Positions 1 through 12,418 of a stretch of 64,000 nucleotides of DNA are shown piece after piece (position 1 is the stretch's first letter; each line of letters opens with the position of its first letter). The stretch spans positions 1-64,000 of the forward strand of contig JAAILG010000265.1 in assembly GCA_012026655.1 (NCBI GenBank), in the 5' to 3' direction. Origin of the DNA: Hydrolagus affinis (taxonomy: Eukaryota). A model generated the notes under the pieces. That model did no database searches. It was not told the DNA's origin and saw only the letters and a program-made list of their open reading frames with translations. The translations under genes and the position numbers were made by a program.

Positions 1-115
1 GTTGCTGCGTGGAATCATCTCGGTTTCATAGATAGGCGAAGAGCAAGATTTCTGCACAGCAGAGTGCAGTCCAATATACCGCTTGCACAACTGTGCAGCC
101 TTTCACCGAAAGAAA

Positions 116-253
116 GTGGGCAAATTTGCTGTCGCTTTCAACGATGCACAAAATACACTTTACAGTGTATTCTGTGAAACGGTTTCAGACACTTTGAAGA
201 TATAATAAGGTGCTGTATCAAATGCCAGGATTATCATTTTTATTATTATTATT
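116..253 (+). mobile_element. 3' part of tRNA/Deu-type SINE with L2-like tail
   Basis: cactttacagtgtattctgtgaaacggtttcagaca...aggtgctgtatcaaatgccaggattat plus (TTA)n tail; matches the other copies in the window, e.g. 43343-43557. Confidence 0.75.
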
Positions 254-256
254 CGT

Positions 257-320
257 CTGCGAAACGCTTTCAGACATCTTCCTGACGTGAAAGTTGTTAT
301 CTCAACTGTAAGGATTATTA
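257..320 (+). mobile_element. Second SINE/L2 tail fragment, tandem to the previous one
   Basis: gaaacgctttcagacatcttcctgacgtgaaagttgttatctcaactgtaaggattatta. Confidence 0.65.
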
Positions 321-924
321 AAAGGATTACAAGTGTACGTATACATGTTTTTGTTACATTACTGCATCTATACTTATTTCTATATCCAGGAAACTCTCAT
401 TAGCTTCATACCTGGTAGCATTCTGAATGTCCTGAGTGAATTGATTTGGCTTAATATACACTGATGCTAAAAACAAGTGATGAAGTGGTTAAAACCTAAA
501 AAGTGTAATATGAGCTCTGCTGCAAGCCGCGGTCCTTGTAACACATGGCACATTTTGATAGGGCACTGCTAAACGCTTACTTAGCAATGTGTTAAAACAT
601 TACCAGTGTGCGATTGTAAAAGTTATCATCAAACTTGCCTCCCAACCCTATAACCACTGATGTGCTGCTACACGTTTTGGTGATATAGAAAAACATACAG
701 CAGGCACATGTATCCTCTGTTAAGTTACCTTGTCCAGGTGCGTTCCAAGTTGGTATTAATTGCAATATCATTTAGTGCAGTTGGATCTTGGCTGCTATTT
801 GCTTTTAATTACCCCTGTGCATTCTGTTTCCTTTTTACTGACAACCATTAAATAGGGAGTGACACCAGCTCCACGGTGGTGTCAAAAAGACAATAGACTT
901 CTCTTTGGATAAAAGAGGCTGCAA

Positions 925-937
925 TGCCTCCTAGTGG
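925..937 (-). promoter_or_regulatory. Possible CTCF core motif
   Basis: Minus strand reads CCACTAGGAGGCA, one deviation from the CCACYAGRKGGCR core; motif match only. Confidence 0.3.
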
Positions 938-1310
938 GGAGCAACTGTATTAGCTACCTATTTATTGTAATAAATATGCCATGTGCAGTGTTCAGCAAAT
1001 TCTTTTCATCTAAGGGATTAGCACTCAGCGCATCTGAAGTAAATGAACCCTGGTTAATATTCTTAGAGACGTGTAGTGTGCCAGTATTCATAAAAGTATT
1101 GTTTAGCACCATGGTTTCTCTCCCAGTTTGATGAGTAGGGCATTTAAATCATTTGGAACAAAATATTTTTAAATAAAATAATTTAACTTAATTGAATCAA
1201 GCATATGATTGGAAATACTGTACATTCCCATCTTTTATTCAATTCTCTTTGTTGTATTGTTAATTCATGCTGAAACCTATGGCAAAAATAAATTCCAAAT
1301 TGTACCTGGA

Positions 1311-1560
1311 AATAATAATTTTCAAAAGTGCATTTGATACAGCGCCTTATGTCTTCGAGACATCTCAAAGCGCTTCACAGGATATACTTTACAGAATATT
1401 TCAATTAAACTGAAAACACAGAATGAAGTCAGCTCGTGTGAATGGCAGAACTAAAATAATAGTTAAGTGAATTGATCGTATATTTTGAGGATGAAATGCA
1501 GCAGCCAATTGCGCACAGCAGTGTTCCACAAACATCTGTGGATTGATTAACCAAATAATT
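1311..1560 (-). mobile_element. SINE 3' half (Deu remnant + L2-type tail) with ~65 bp interruption
   Basis: tgcatttgatacagcgcctt...ctcaaagcgcttcacagg and gcagccaattgcgcacagcagtgttccacaaaca; unrelated sequence at ~1400-1466. Confidence 0.85.
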
Positions 1561-3383
1561 TATATTTTTTTGTATTCTCTCAGTAAGGATGTACATTTAG
1601 AACAGAGTTTTTTTATTATGTTTGGAGCTGAGAACCCATATCCAGAAGGAATAATGTTGAAACTGCACAAACTCATTTCACTTAAGACCTCCATGGCTGG
1701 CAAAATATGAGCTAATTTTAATCAGCCTTTTCAGCAGTGGATTTTAAACCAAAAAAAGATTCTCACTCACTGCAGGGAAATGAGTGCCCGCATCAACTGC
1801 ATTAGCAGAGTTTTTTTTATTAAAGTAAGACTAAATGGAAATGTGCATTATATTAACATTGCAATAAAACAGTGATTTGTGATCCGGTAGCATTTGATGC
1901 TGGTAGCAAATATCAAATGCAACAGCTCTATGTGTTTGTGTGTTAGGGTGACCTTGAAGGAACGTAAGAGCTGTTTGAAATGCAATGGCACAGTTGGGTG
2001 TGTTAGCTTATATAAAGTGTAGTTAAACTGCAGAAACAGCACTGTAACAGATACTTTTTTGTACAAAGTTCCCAATATCTTGCTATTTTTATGGTTTAAT
2101 TGTAATCTTCTGCTGAAATTAAATCAAACTTGCATCTCGTTGGACTAAAATGAAGAGTATATTACTCGGATTAATTCTGCTATAGAAATCCTTGGTTATA
2201 TTTATTAACTCTTAAATTAAGTTCTTAAATTCAAACTGCCTAGGATAATTTGAAAGAGTAATGTGGATTCAATATAGCAGCTAAAACCCGAGCAGTTAGT
2301 TTTTTCCAGTATTCAAACAAAATCAAACCAAAAGGTTGAAGTTTCCAAAGGTGAAACAAAACACTCCATCTGACTTAAGTTGTGAGTCTGGCGTAAAATT
2401 CTGAAGGTTAAATTACACAATAAATAATAGTCATTTATTGATTTCTTTATTGCACAATTTGTCGCATTTAAAAGACCTTCCATGTAGCTGTGCAATAATA
2501 CACAACTGCAGGCTAATTCCTTTTTCTATTTCATACGAAGTACAGAGCTTTGACGTTTAAGTGGTTGTGACCTTCTGTTTAAGTACTTCAAAGAGAAAAC
2601 CAGTGCTTGAAAATCTAACTAAAATCCAGAACTTCATGTGGAAATCAGAAAAAGTGAATGATTTCATTGTCTTCTGTCTTCGCTGGTAAAATTATTTTTT
2701 CTTAACCTCTTCATTTAAAAAAATGAGAGACGATATAATGGAAGGGGGGAAAACTTAACATCTCCAAAGTGATTTCAATATGGGACATGTTTGTCACTGT
2801 AATTAAATCATATACATTCTGGTCTTGTGGATGGTTGAATGGTGCAACCCAAGCAGATTGTGCTAGCCTGCTTACTATGATAGGCATATAGCCATATATC
2901 ATTGTAGAGTACCGTCTGAGCATTTCTGCAATGAATCTTTATACATGTTCCACATATATTCTTCACCAATTAACTATTAATTAATTCTGTAACAAAATGA
3001 ACTCTGAGAGGTTATTTAAGAAGTGTCACTTAGCTTGTCTAAGAGAGAAAAGATAAAGAATCCAATTCATAGATATTATAGGGATCAGTAACTCATATTG
3101 AATGCTCTGTTCGTGTTAAGCATTAGTGTAAATTATCTTCTGCTTTCATTTCTATCAGTTGTAGGAAAGCAATCTGTGTTTTCACAATTCACGTCAAAGC
3201 AGGTTATGTGAAGTTTACAAAGTCAAAAAAATAAATTTTTGCATTTAATGTGCTTGTATAACAATGACACGCTATCATATAATTAATTGAGGTTCGGATA
3301 TTCTTAGTAACTTAGATTAAAATAAGATGAACGTTTATTAAAATAAGCAATTTTTTTAAATTTCAGAATTTATTTGAATTTTA

Positions 3384-3433
3384 AACAACAACAAAATTAC
3401 ATTTATAGAGCGCCTTTCACGTCAGGAGGACAT
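3384..3433 (-). mobile_element. L2 LINE extreme 3' tail only
   Basis: (AAC)n-aaaattacatttatagagcgcctttcacgtcaggaggacat; same tail as the longer L2 at 44400-44775. Confidence 0.8.
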
Positions 3434-3480
3434 GAAATTCTATGCTTTTACCAACAACATTCATTTTATGGTCAATATAT

Positions 3481-3650
3481 ATGTATGGATGTTGGGTACA
3501 AACAGGACTGAGTTCACCCGTTATCCACAGCATGGTTAAAAGTCCTTTGCTACTGTTCAGGCTAACATGCGAAAAGTGAGTTAACAGAGAGCTGCCTGCA
3601 CTTGTTGAAGTACACCTGAGCATCAGTTGTTGCCCTTAAAAAAGGAGATG
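3481..3650 (+). mobile_element. AmnSINE2-like ancient SINE, 3' half, decayed
   Basis: ggatgttgggtacaaacaggactgagttc, actgttcaggctaacatgcgaa, agagagctgcctgcacttgttgaa are collinear with 60105-60418 and the remembered AmnSINE2 consensus. Confidence 0.45.
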
Positions 3651-5549
3651 AACTGTTTATTCAACAATCAGTTATATTTAACTGTATTGAGTCAATTGTT
3701 TTGTACAGTATGATATCAATGTGATGCAGACAGGTGAAGATAGGACTGGCTATCCCAAACCAGTCAAATTAGAAACTGAGACCCACTTTACATCCACTTT
3801 CAGTCATTCATTTAAATTTATTGCATTTATCGCTCTTACTTATATCTGAAATCCTTATCTTAATTGTTTGCAACTCCACACAAGGCATGATCTCACTTCA
3901 ATGTTAAAGTGCAACTCAAGAGAACATATAATATACCACATTATTTTTGTAATTTAGTAGGATTTGTTACAAACAATTAACTTAGATGATTATGCATTTG
4001 GAACATTGCACTTTTATCACTGACTGAATTTTATTGGATGGCATTACGTATAGCTTCTAAACTTCCTGACATTTGTCCGAAAGATTTTTTCTGGCATTAT
4101 CCGAAAATAAAGGTTTGCAACTTCATCACAGATTGGTTAGTATAAATAGACCTCTCAATAAATATAGATTTACAAAATAGAAACCCATTTCAGTCAAAAA
4201 CAAAATGCCAGCACAATTCCATCTGAGCACAGGTGGATTTTACAGGGTATTTTCACAGCTTAAGCTTTCATCAACAATATTCTCTCCTGTGTCAATTCTT
4301 TCTGGTCTGTGCTTCTTCCCTCCAACATAAATTGCTCAGCTCTCTTTGCCAGATTATTCTTTCACCGTGTGAACCAAAACTACTTCAGAATATTCAGATC
4401 TTGTTCCCAAACTATTATTTTGTTTTGGTTCAAAATAAGCTGTTGTGATGACATGATTTACACTCGCCGCAGGTATTTTTATAAATGGAAAATGCTGATG
4501 AATTCTTTACTGTTTTGAGCTTGAATTGTTATCCTTTGTGAATGCAGTGTTCCCTTCCCTGCTGTCTTGAGGTTACAATTCTGGCTTTTGTTCAGGTGCG
4601 CACACAATGCGGCAGGGTTTTCTGATCATAAAGTGTGCCTTGATTCAGCTTTTGATGTACCGTGCAGATGTCTGTGATTAATTTTGTATCAAATGAACAT
4701 ATTTTTCAGGCAGGAGCTTTTATATAAAGGATCAGATACAGCATGTGCGTGCATGTGTGACAATTTAACTCATAGTGCTAAAACATATCCATTTCTGAAT
4801 ATTTCTTCAGATGGATGAGCACCAAACAAAGCTTTGTCTTAAAAACTTTGTCTTAAAAAATGTTTCAACTAGTTTTGTACAAGATTTTATAAAGTGCAAA
4901 TTTCTGTAGGATTCTCAAAGAAACCAATCTTTATAAAAAGCAAACTTCTCATTGTGACCAGTGACTCATTTGCTTTCTCTTTGAATACCATTGATCTACA
5001 GGTTTACTCCACTGTAATGTAAAGGAGGTAAATCTACAGAATAAATTTGGCTAGTAAACTTTAATGGCACATATCCGGTAACAAAACCACATGGGTCAAT
5101 GTAGTAAAACTGCCAACTTAACTTCTACTGAATTACATTAATGAAAATGAAATGTACCTAAATAAATTGGGAATTGTAAATAGCTGGACTTTTTGCTGTT
5201 TGAGAGATTTCCAGCTGGGTCTACATTTAATCACTTTTCCTAACATTTCAAAGGAACCAGAATTTGGCAAGTTCTTAAGTGCAATGTGAATTTCAAATCT
5301 GTTTCCCTTTCATTTTGTTTTAAGAATCCCAGAAAACTTGCTTTTTAATGATCTGAAAAGTAATGATATTTGTTACATGAAGGACAGAATACAACATGTT
5401 TTAAAACTAGGGTTGTATAGAAGGTATCTTCTCCTGCTTTGTCATATGGGGGAAAAGCAATGATTGAACTAGTGGTATTCTAATGCTCATATTTTCCATT
5501 GAGTTGTCTATGAGCTATATTTTGTCAACTGAGACACCATTAACAGGGT

Positions 5550-5675
5550 TAGAGTAATACTGCATTGTCCAAGGTGCTATCCTTCGGATAAGACATTAAA
5601 CTGTCCTCATGTCTGCCTGTTAGGTGGGTGTTAAAAATCTTATAGTGCTGTTTAAAATAAAGGGGAGTTTATCCT
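5550..5675 (+). mobile_element. DeuSINE central (Deu) domain fragment
   Basis: ctgcattgtccaaggtgctatccttcggataagacattaaac...gtctgcctgttaggtgggtgttaaaaatc resembles the Deu domain; reverse-complement match to 24170-24290. Confidence 0.65.
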
Positions 5676-6303
5676 TTTCATGGCATACACCGCAAGGATA
5701 CTATAACTCCCCAAAAGCTGAATGCATAATCTGTGACTGGTGTTTTGAAAGAGCTATTTTTTTTTAAAAAAGCACTACTGTCAAAAGTTTATCAGCATAA
5801 CTTCAATTCCTCAGTCTTAAACTCTGAATCATGTTGATGACCCGACACATATGGTCAATGCAGTGGTGCAATGTAGCTGCTTTGTCAAAGGATTTGCCCT
5901 AATTGGTGTCATTCCATAGTTGGCCTCTTAGATATGGTGTAACTGGGAAAGCTGCGTCTGATTTATTTTATGTTCTCTTTTTGTCCTCTGTTGAGTATGA
6001 CACAGGGCAAACCCCACAGAGTATGAGATCATATTGGCACTCAGGAGCACCTCAAACGGTCTAATCTACAGCGGTGACTTTTAAAGATGTTTTGCACTTC
6101 ACTACCTTTGGTTCTGGTGCTCACAGGTTCGATATTACTGTATTAGAGCTAACTGATGTCATTTGGAAAAATCGTGTGATCAAGTTTAACAAATTATTTT
6201 ATCCTCAGCAAAAAAAGTGCTTTTAATTTGTTTCAGTAAAATTAAAAATGATAATGAAATCATGCAGTGAGAATTTTGTTACTGAGTTGTGGTTCTTTTT
6301 CAG

Positions 6304-6312
6304 GTTGACATT
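6304..6312 (+). other. Candidate 9-nt microexon (GTTGACATT)
   Basis: ggttctttttcag|GTTGACATT|gtaagt; splice-site match only, no host gene identified. Confidence 0.2.
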
Positions 6313-7410
6313 GTAAGTGCAGTCATTAATTATATCTGTGCATTGCCGTATCTCCTCTGTGTTTTAAACATAAAAAGATGAGGTTTAGACCATACTGTAT
6401 TGATAATAGGTGTTATAGCCAAATATGTTATAATTCTGTTTGTTGTTTTACTACAACATATACAAATTGATCCTGTGAGCTCCCACTGGCTAAATTATTT
6501 CAGAATATTTTGGTTTATTGTCCTCTCTTGAAGTCCACAATAGGTTTGTTCACTCTCAAATACCTATAAACCTGAATTCATTGTTATCACCTTCATAGGA
6601 GGATTTTTTGAAAAAAAAAGTAAAGGATGTTGGAAAGCAGAGAACAAGACAAGCCAATTTAACTAATTTTTTTCACACACTGGAGTGAAAATTATTATCT
6701 TTCTCAACAGAATTTTGATGTGGTACTTAAGACATCAAATCTGTTAAGAAACATAGTCATTTCCATTTGATAAATAAAGACACTTGTCTATGCCACACAT
6801 GCATTTCTCTGTTGGAAGAAAAGTAAGTTTTCTCACAACTTATATTCATTTTACACTTGCCCCTCTTATTCTGTGGTCACATCACATGTTAAATACTCTG
6901 TTTACATTTGCACTATCGGATCTTCACAGTTTAATGTAAATTCTAAACAGTCCATGTCATGCTGTGTGATTGCAGAACACAGAACAAGAAAGCAGATGTG
7001 CTGCTGTTTACCATTGTACCATTACACCCTCAATTCAATTTGTTTTCAGCATTTATAGGAGGACAAGAACTGAATGTTTATCTTTATACTGTATATCCAG
7101 GCTCTTTAGCTCTACAAATGGGATATACTGGATTTGTAATCACACAAGAAGGAATCTTCTTGCTGCAAAATAGATTACAACCAGAATCCAGACATTTAAA
7201 AATGTTTATGTCTATATGGCAAAGGGGATGCACAATCCTAAAAAATGTACAGTCATCTGTTTGAGATCAAAGAAGCAGGTTATCTTTGAGACAGTTACAT
7301 GGTGCCAGTTACTTTATCTCTAGCTCACAATGTGGAATAGTTCTAAATTCTGTTCAGTGAGTTAGTAGGTGGTCTAAAGAGCCAGCATTAGTATGTCCAC
7401 CATACCAGAG

Positions 7411-7692
7411 ATAATAATAATCCTTGTTTTGGACATAAGGCTTTTCATGTTGGGAGGATGTCTCAAAGCACTTCACAGGATTTAGTGTATGTAATGACTG
7501 TGTATTTTGTAGGTGAACGTAACATTTGCCACAGCAATGGCCCACAAACAGCCATTGACTGAGTTTGGGGGAATGTTGACCAGGATACGAGGAGAAACTC
7601 CCATTTTCAAATTAGTGTCATGAAATTTTATCTAACTATAAAGTGACTTGACTGTACAGTATATTTGTGGGTGAAACACGGCAGCCAATTGT
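7411..7692 (-). mobile_element. DeuSINE 3' half plus adjacent second SINE fragment
   Basis: (ATA)n-tccttg...ggaggatgtctcaaagcacttcacagg...cccacaaacagcc...gaatgttgaccaggatacgaggagaaactcc; second piece tgtgggtgaaacacggcagccaatt at ~7640-7692. Confidence 0.8.
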
Positions 7693-8585
7693 TTAGTTTA
7701 GTTCAGATAAACACAGTCATAGAAGATGTTGCAGAGATAAAGGTTAAGAGATAACATTTTTGCTTTTATTCAACCCACTGCAGTAAATGGAGAAACATTA
7801 TGTCCAGAACTTCCATCTCAACTGCCAGGTTCAGTGACAGCACTGACTGCAGTGTATCTGGAATTGTCATTTTAAGCCTTACTTAATAAAGATTTGAATT
7901 TTATTTTGCCAATTAAGATGCCTGTGGATTGCAGTAAGGAAAGTTTTAGGAAGCATCCCGACAACAGTAAACCGTGGTTATTCATCAAACTGAATCGATA
8001 AAATAGAACAATTAAATCCAACAAATCTGAGTTATGCATTTACTTTCTGTGGGTACCATGAACTTTAACTTCAGCTATGAATAACACGCAATGATTTTTC
8101 AATGTGCAAATGGACCGCAAGTGGACCACCTGCGGTCTATGACCATAATGGAAAGGACGTAAACAGTCACTCATTCTTGTGCATGTTGTTTGGGCATATT
8201 AAAAGACACTGCCAAATGGTCCAGGTACTTGAAAGTTTCAATACACAAATTATGTACTCAGTGCTCCTGAATGGAACATCTTGCCATACATATTCTGCAT
8301 TGATTTTAAGAATTATTGATATCAGTCAGCACAATAAATGTCCTTCATTCCCCAAGGAATCCTTGGATTCCTCTTGTAATTTTTGAAGGTAACATATACC
8401 AATAGAGTGAAAGTCTTTCCAGGTCATGAATATTACAAAGATAGGTGAAACTGAGTGTGTTACGTGGAAGTGCAGAACTGCAGTAAAAGTTCACAACCAC
8501 GAGAAAAGAAAGTCTTGACCATTTGGAACCCTTCAAGCCCTCTGACAGTTTTTAACAGTTCTTTCATCGTATCAGCCTGCTTTGA

Positions 8586-8651
8586 CACCACCACCAACAA
8601 CAACAACATTTGTGTAGTGCCTTTCACGTCGGGAGGATGTCCCAAGGCATT
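8586..8651 (-). mobile_element. L2 3' tail only
   Basis: (CAA)n-catttgtgtagtgcctttcacgtcgggaggatgtcccaaggcat. Confidence 0.8.
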
Positions 8652-11600
8652 CCAATTCTCAAGAGGCACAGTCTGTAGTTGTGGATCGCTTGCTGTCGAT
8701 AAGGTCTCATGTGGATTCCTTCACTTCTGCTCCCTTATTTCCCTTTACCTGTCATATGCTAATGCAATCTTCTACATATCCTCTGGCAAAGCTCTCTAAG
8801 AATGGATCAAAGATTTAACCATTTAGACCATGGCTGAATGTATCCAAGTCTGCTAAGGTTGAGGAATAATTTAGATGTCTCAATTTATTGGTTTCCGACC
8901 TTAATTAAATAATGTTGCTTATGTTTTCAAGAATATCTTTACCAATGTGCAGCAACAGAATATGCACAAGATCCATGTCAGATATTCACATATTAAATTC
9001 TATAAACAGGAGTGACATTTCTCCTTTTATGACTTATAGCTAAATTTGATAAAATACCACTGTTCTGTAGCAATGGCAGATTAGCATGTTTGCAAAGCTC
9101 AAATGACACCTAAAGTTAACTCGCTGAACAAAAGCAGAGCTCCTGCTATTTGATCCATGCCCAAAGCTTACTTCTGATCGCCTATGAAATACTAGGCACT
9201 CAGTACCGAGCAACTAAAAAGACAATAATTAGGAGAGAAAGACTATCATCTTGAGCATGACCTACCCCTCCCCCGTTTCTACCCTCCCATCAGAGTGCCT
9301 GCTCCACCTGCCTACTGCAGTCACATTGCAGTGCCATTAGGAGCCATTATCAGCGAGTGTGTTTTCATGGTCACAGAGCATTAGAGCAAGGGTCCCTCCA
9401 GGCTCAGATCGCATAACCATAAATTTACCCTTGAGCGTCTTGTTTCAATGTACTCAGCTACAGCTTTACCCTTCTTTTTGGCACATGCACCTTGACCCTA
9501 CCTGACACTGCACATATGTGAGAAGAGGAAGTTCACAGTCAACGGTCAATGGTAAATAAATCTCCAGTGAACTATTAAGTTACACCATTTTTCTCCTCCT
9601 CCCCTCACCCCTCACTCCTATGAAATGAATGCTTAGATGACAGTTGGCTGGAAAATGGATAGATATAGGCCAGGTCAAATTTAAGTGGCAATGAAATATC
9701 TTTGACTCAAAAGACGGGAGATCAAAAAAAAACTTTGAAATAATTTTCACCGTGTCAGGCTGCCTGCATCAGTCATTCCCAAAATACCTGCTGGCTCACA
9801 TTAATCAGAATGCAAAACAGGTTTCCATCTTCCATTCTGGAAAATTTCAAAGATAAAAATTGGTCATTTTATCCTGTTAGGTAGATCTGGTCAGAACTGT
9901 GGTCAGTTACTAATGCAGGTTTAAATCATAAATGGTGGAAGATTTTTATGCAAAATTTATTCTTTGAAAATAAACGGTGTTGGATTCAAAGTAATGAATG
10001 CAGCTTGATTAGACTGCAGTGAGGCAGTATTACAAGGCAGGGAACTGGGCATGAAAAATGTTGCTCTGTGACTAGAAAATATACGCTTTGATGTGTGTGT
10101 TGTCCTGAGTTCTCACAATTCAGCAAGTCCACTACAAACAGAGGATATCGAAATGCAAGGTGCCACATTAGCTTTGTCTCTTGTTTATCCTGTTAGTGAG
10201 TTTGGGTCCATATGTTCTATAAAAATAAAAGGTTGAATGTATCCCACAGCCTGTCGTTCAGCATTCTGTTTCTAATGCTTATGTTATCCGTTTCATTTAA
10301 AATCATTTCATTCAGAATGAAACAAACGCGTAGTTCGGAACAATGTTTTATTTACCCTGAGTGCTATCCATTACGAGTGACTAAATCATCTAATGCCCGA
10401 GGAGGGAAATTGGCTTATTACCAATAATTAAGTCAAAGATCAATCTTTGAAATAAAGGGACGGGCAAAATACTCATCGTTAATGGCTAGAATGAATAATT
10501 ATGATGTAAAAATGATCCTGGATCCATTTCAGAAAGTCTCTCCACTCCACTCCCCCCTCCCATCCCCCCACAAGCCCTGCATGGTTTAAATGGATATTTC
10601 TCTGAGGTTGTAGTTCAGTTTGCATTGTTGGATAAATGTAAGAGGAGCTCATGGCAGCTGCTGACCTGCACCTATGCCTCCACAGAATTCAGATTAGATC
10701 CCGCACTGAAAAAGTTCCAGTCCTAACACTTTTTGTCCAGAACTTTAATGAATGATTCCCGGTAATGTAAGGCACATATCCCATTATTGCACCTTCCTCA
10801 CACAATCACAGTTCACAAGTTTATCAGTGACAGTGTTTTATATGTGATTCATCATTGTCGAAACAACAGCCACTGGGGAAATAATGATCACAACTATTTC
10901 CGCCTGAGTAATAATTTACTAGGGATTTGAATACTAGTTGATTAAAATGAGAGCTGTGGTAATGGTTGGACTACCCTCCCCCACTCCTTGCAGTTCTGGA
11001 AGTCTTTAAGGAAAGTTGAAGAAGTAACACAACGAAACCATGGAAATGAGTGCAATGATTTTAAAAAAAGAAACGTACCATATTAACCCCACGAGAGTCA
11101 TATCAGAATTGCACATTGCATACTTCAGTTCAGGAGATTATTCAGGTGTGATGTAGATTTTTTAAAGTCTTCCATGCATTGCTCAACATTAGAAATGTGC
11201 AGGAAATAATATTCAGTGGAACTGAAAACATATGCAAAGCATATATAATCTCCACTAGAAATAATTCCTGTTAACTATGGGCCTCTCTGATTATTATTAA
11301 TTTACCTCTCTCACTTTCCTGACTGACGCTCTCACACTCAAATCATACCATATGAAAAGCTGATACGATTGAACTCCTTATTCAAATAATTACTTTATTG
11401 CCTCTTCTTTATTTTCAAAGTTCCAAAAATCAGGTGCGGTTGAAGGAAAGCCATTTGTGCTTATAGGACCACGGGAAACCAGCACCAGTAGGAAGCCATT
11501 CAGCTCACTGAGCCTGCACCACCATTTATAGAAGTCTGAGTCTACTTGGGGTTCCTGTGTCACTTCACCTGCATGGAGCCAACATATAATGGCGACCAGT

Positions 11601-12277
11601 GAATTACAAAATTTATACATACTGCTTAATGTTAGTATAGAGCTGGTAGTCTTTTTTCCATCCTGATTGCCTTCATTAACATTAAATGTTTCAGTCTATT
11701 CATTTCTCAGCTACTTGCATTCGCTGATGCTGTCGCCTTGCACCATTCTGCCGCGGGTATCAGTGTCAGACCTATAACTGGGGCATTAATCAGACGCTTA
11801 TCAAACACTGGTCATGATTAATCATAAAACAATGGATGATCCATTCCTCAATTTTCTTACTCCTGAAAAGAAAAGTCATCGTAGGGGTATGATGTATGTT
11901 ATCCTGCCTTCTTGTCTAGATAATAATCTCTGCTATCACCGGCTACCTCTACAGTCCAAAGATTTCCTGTAATTCATTCTTGATCCAGTGGCTGCAATAT
12001 GGTAGGTTTAATTATGAGAGATAATGGAAATGGTTGTCATTGGTATCACACCGCTGACAAGTTTAATTGTGACATGAACATCATGGCACATCACAACAGG
12101 AATAAAGTTTTCAGCGCGGGGTGGAGATAAATTGGATGGATGGCTTTTTGGTAATTTGTGTTACAGTGACACGGTCAGCTGCTAATTATTGAGCTTCATG
12201 ACCATTAAATTTACAGCTGCGCTGAGAGGCATCATAGTGTTGAGAGTGACTTTCAGTCAAAAGGTGCAGTACTTCTA

Positions 12278-12418
12278 TTGTGGGACATTGCTATGCACAA
12301 ATCGGCTACTGAGTTTGCCTTCAAAATACAATCACTGCACTTTAAGGTAAATGCTGTGAAGCGCTTAGAGACTGTCCCCTGGAGTGAAAGGCACTATATC
12401 AATAATGATAATAATAAA
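12278..12418 (+). mobile_element. DeuSINE 3' part
   Basis: ttgtgggacattgctatgcacaaatcggct...tgtgaagcgcttagagac...gtgaaaggcactatatcaa. Confidence 0.8.
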
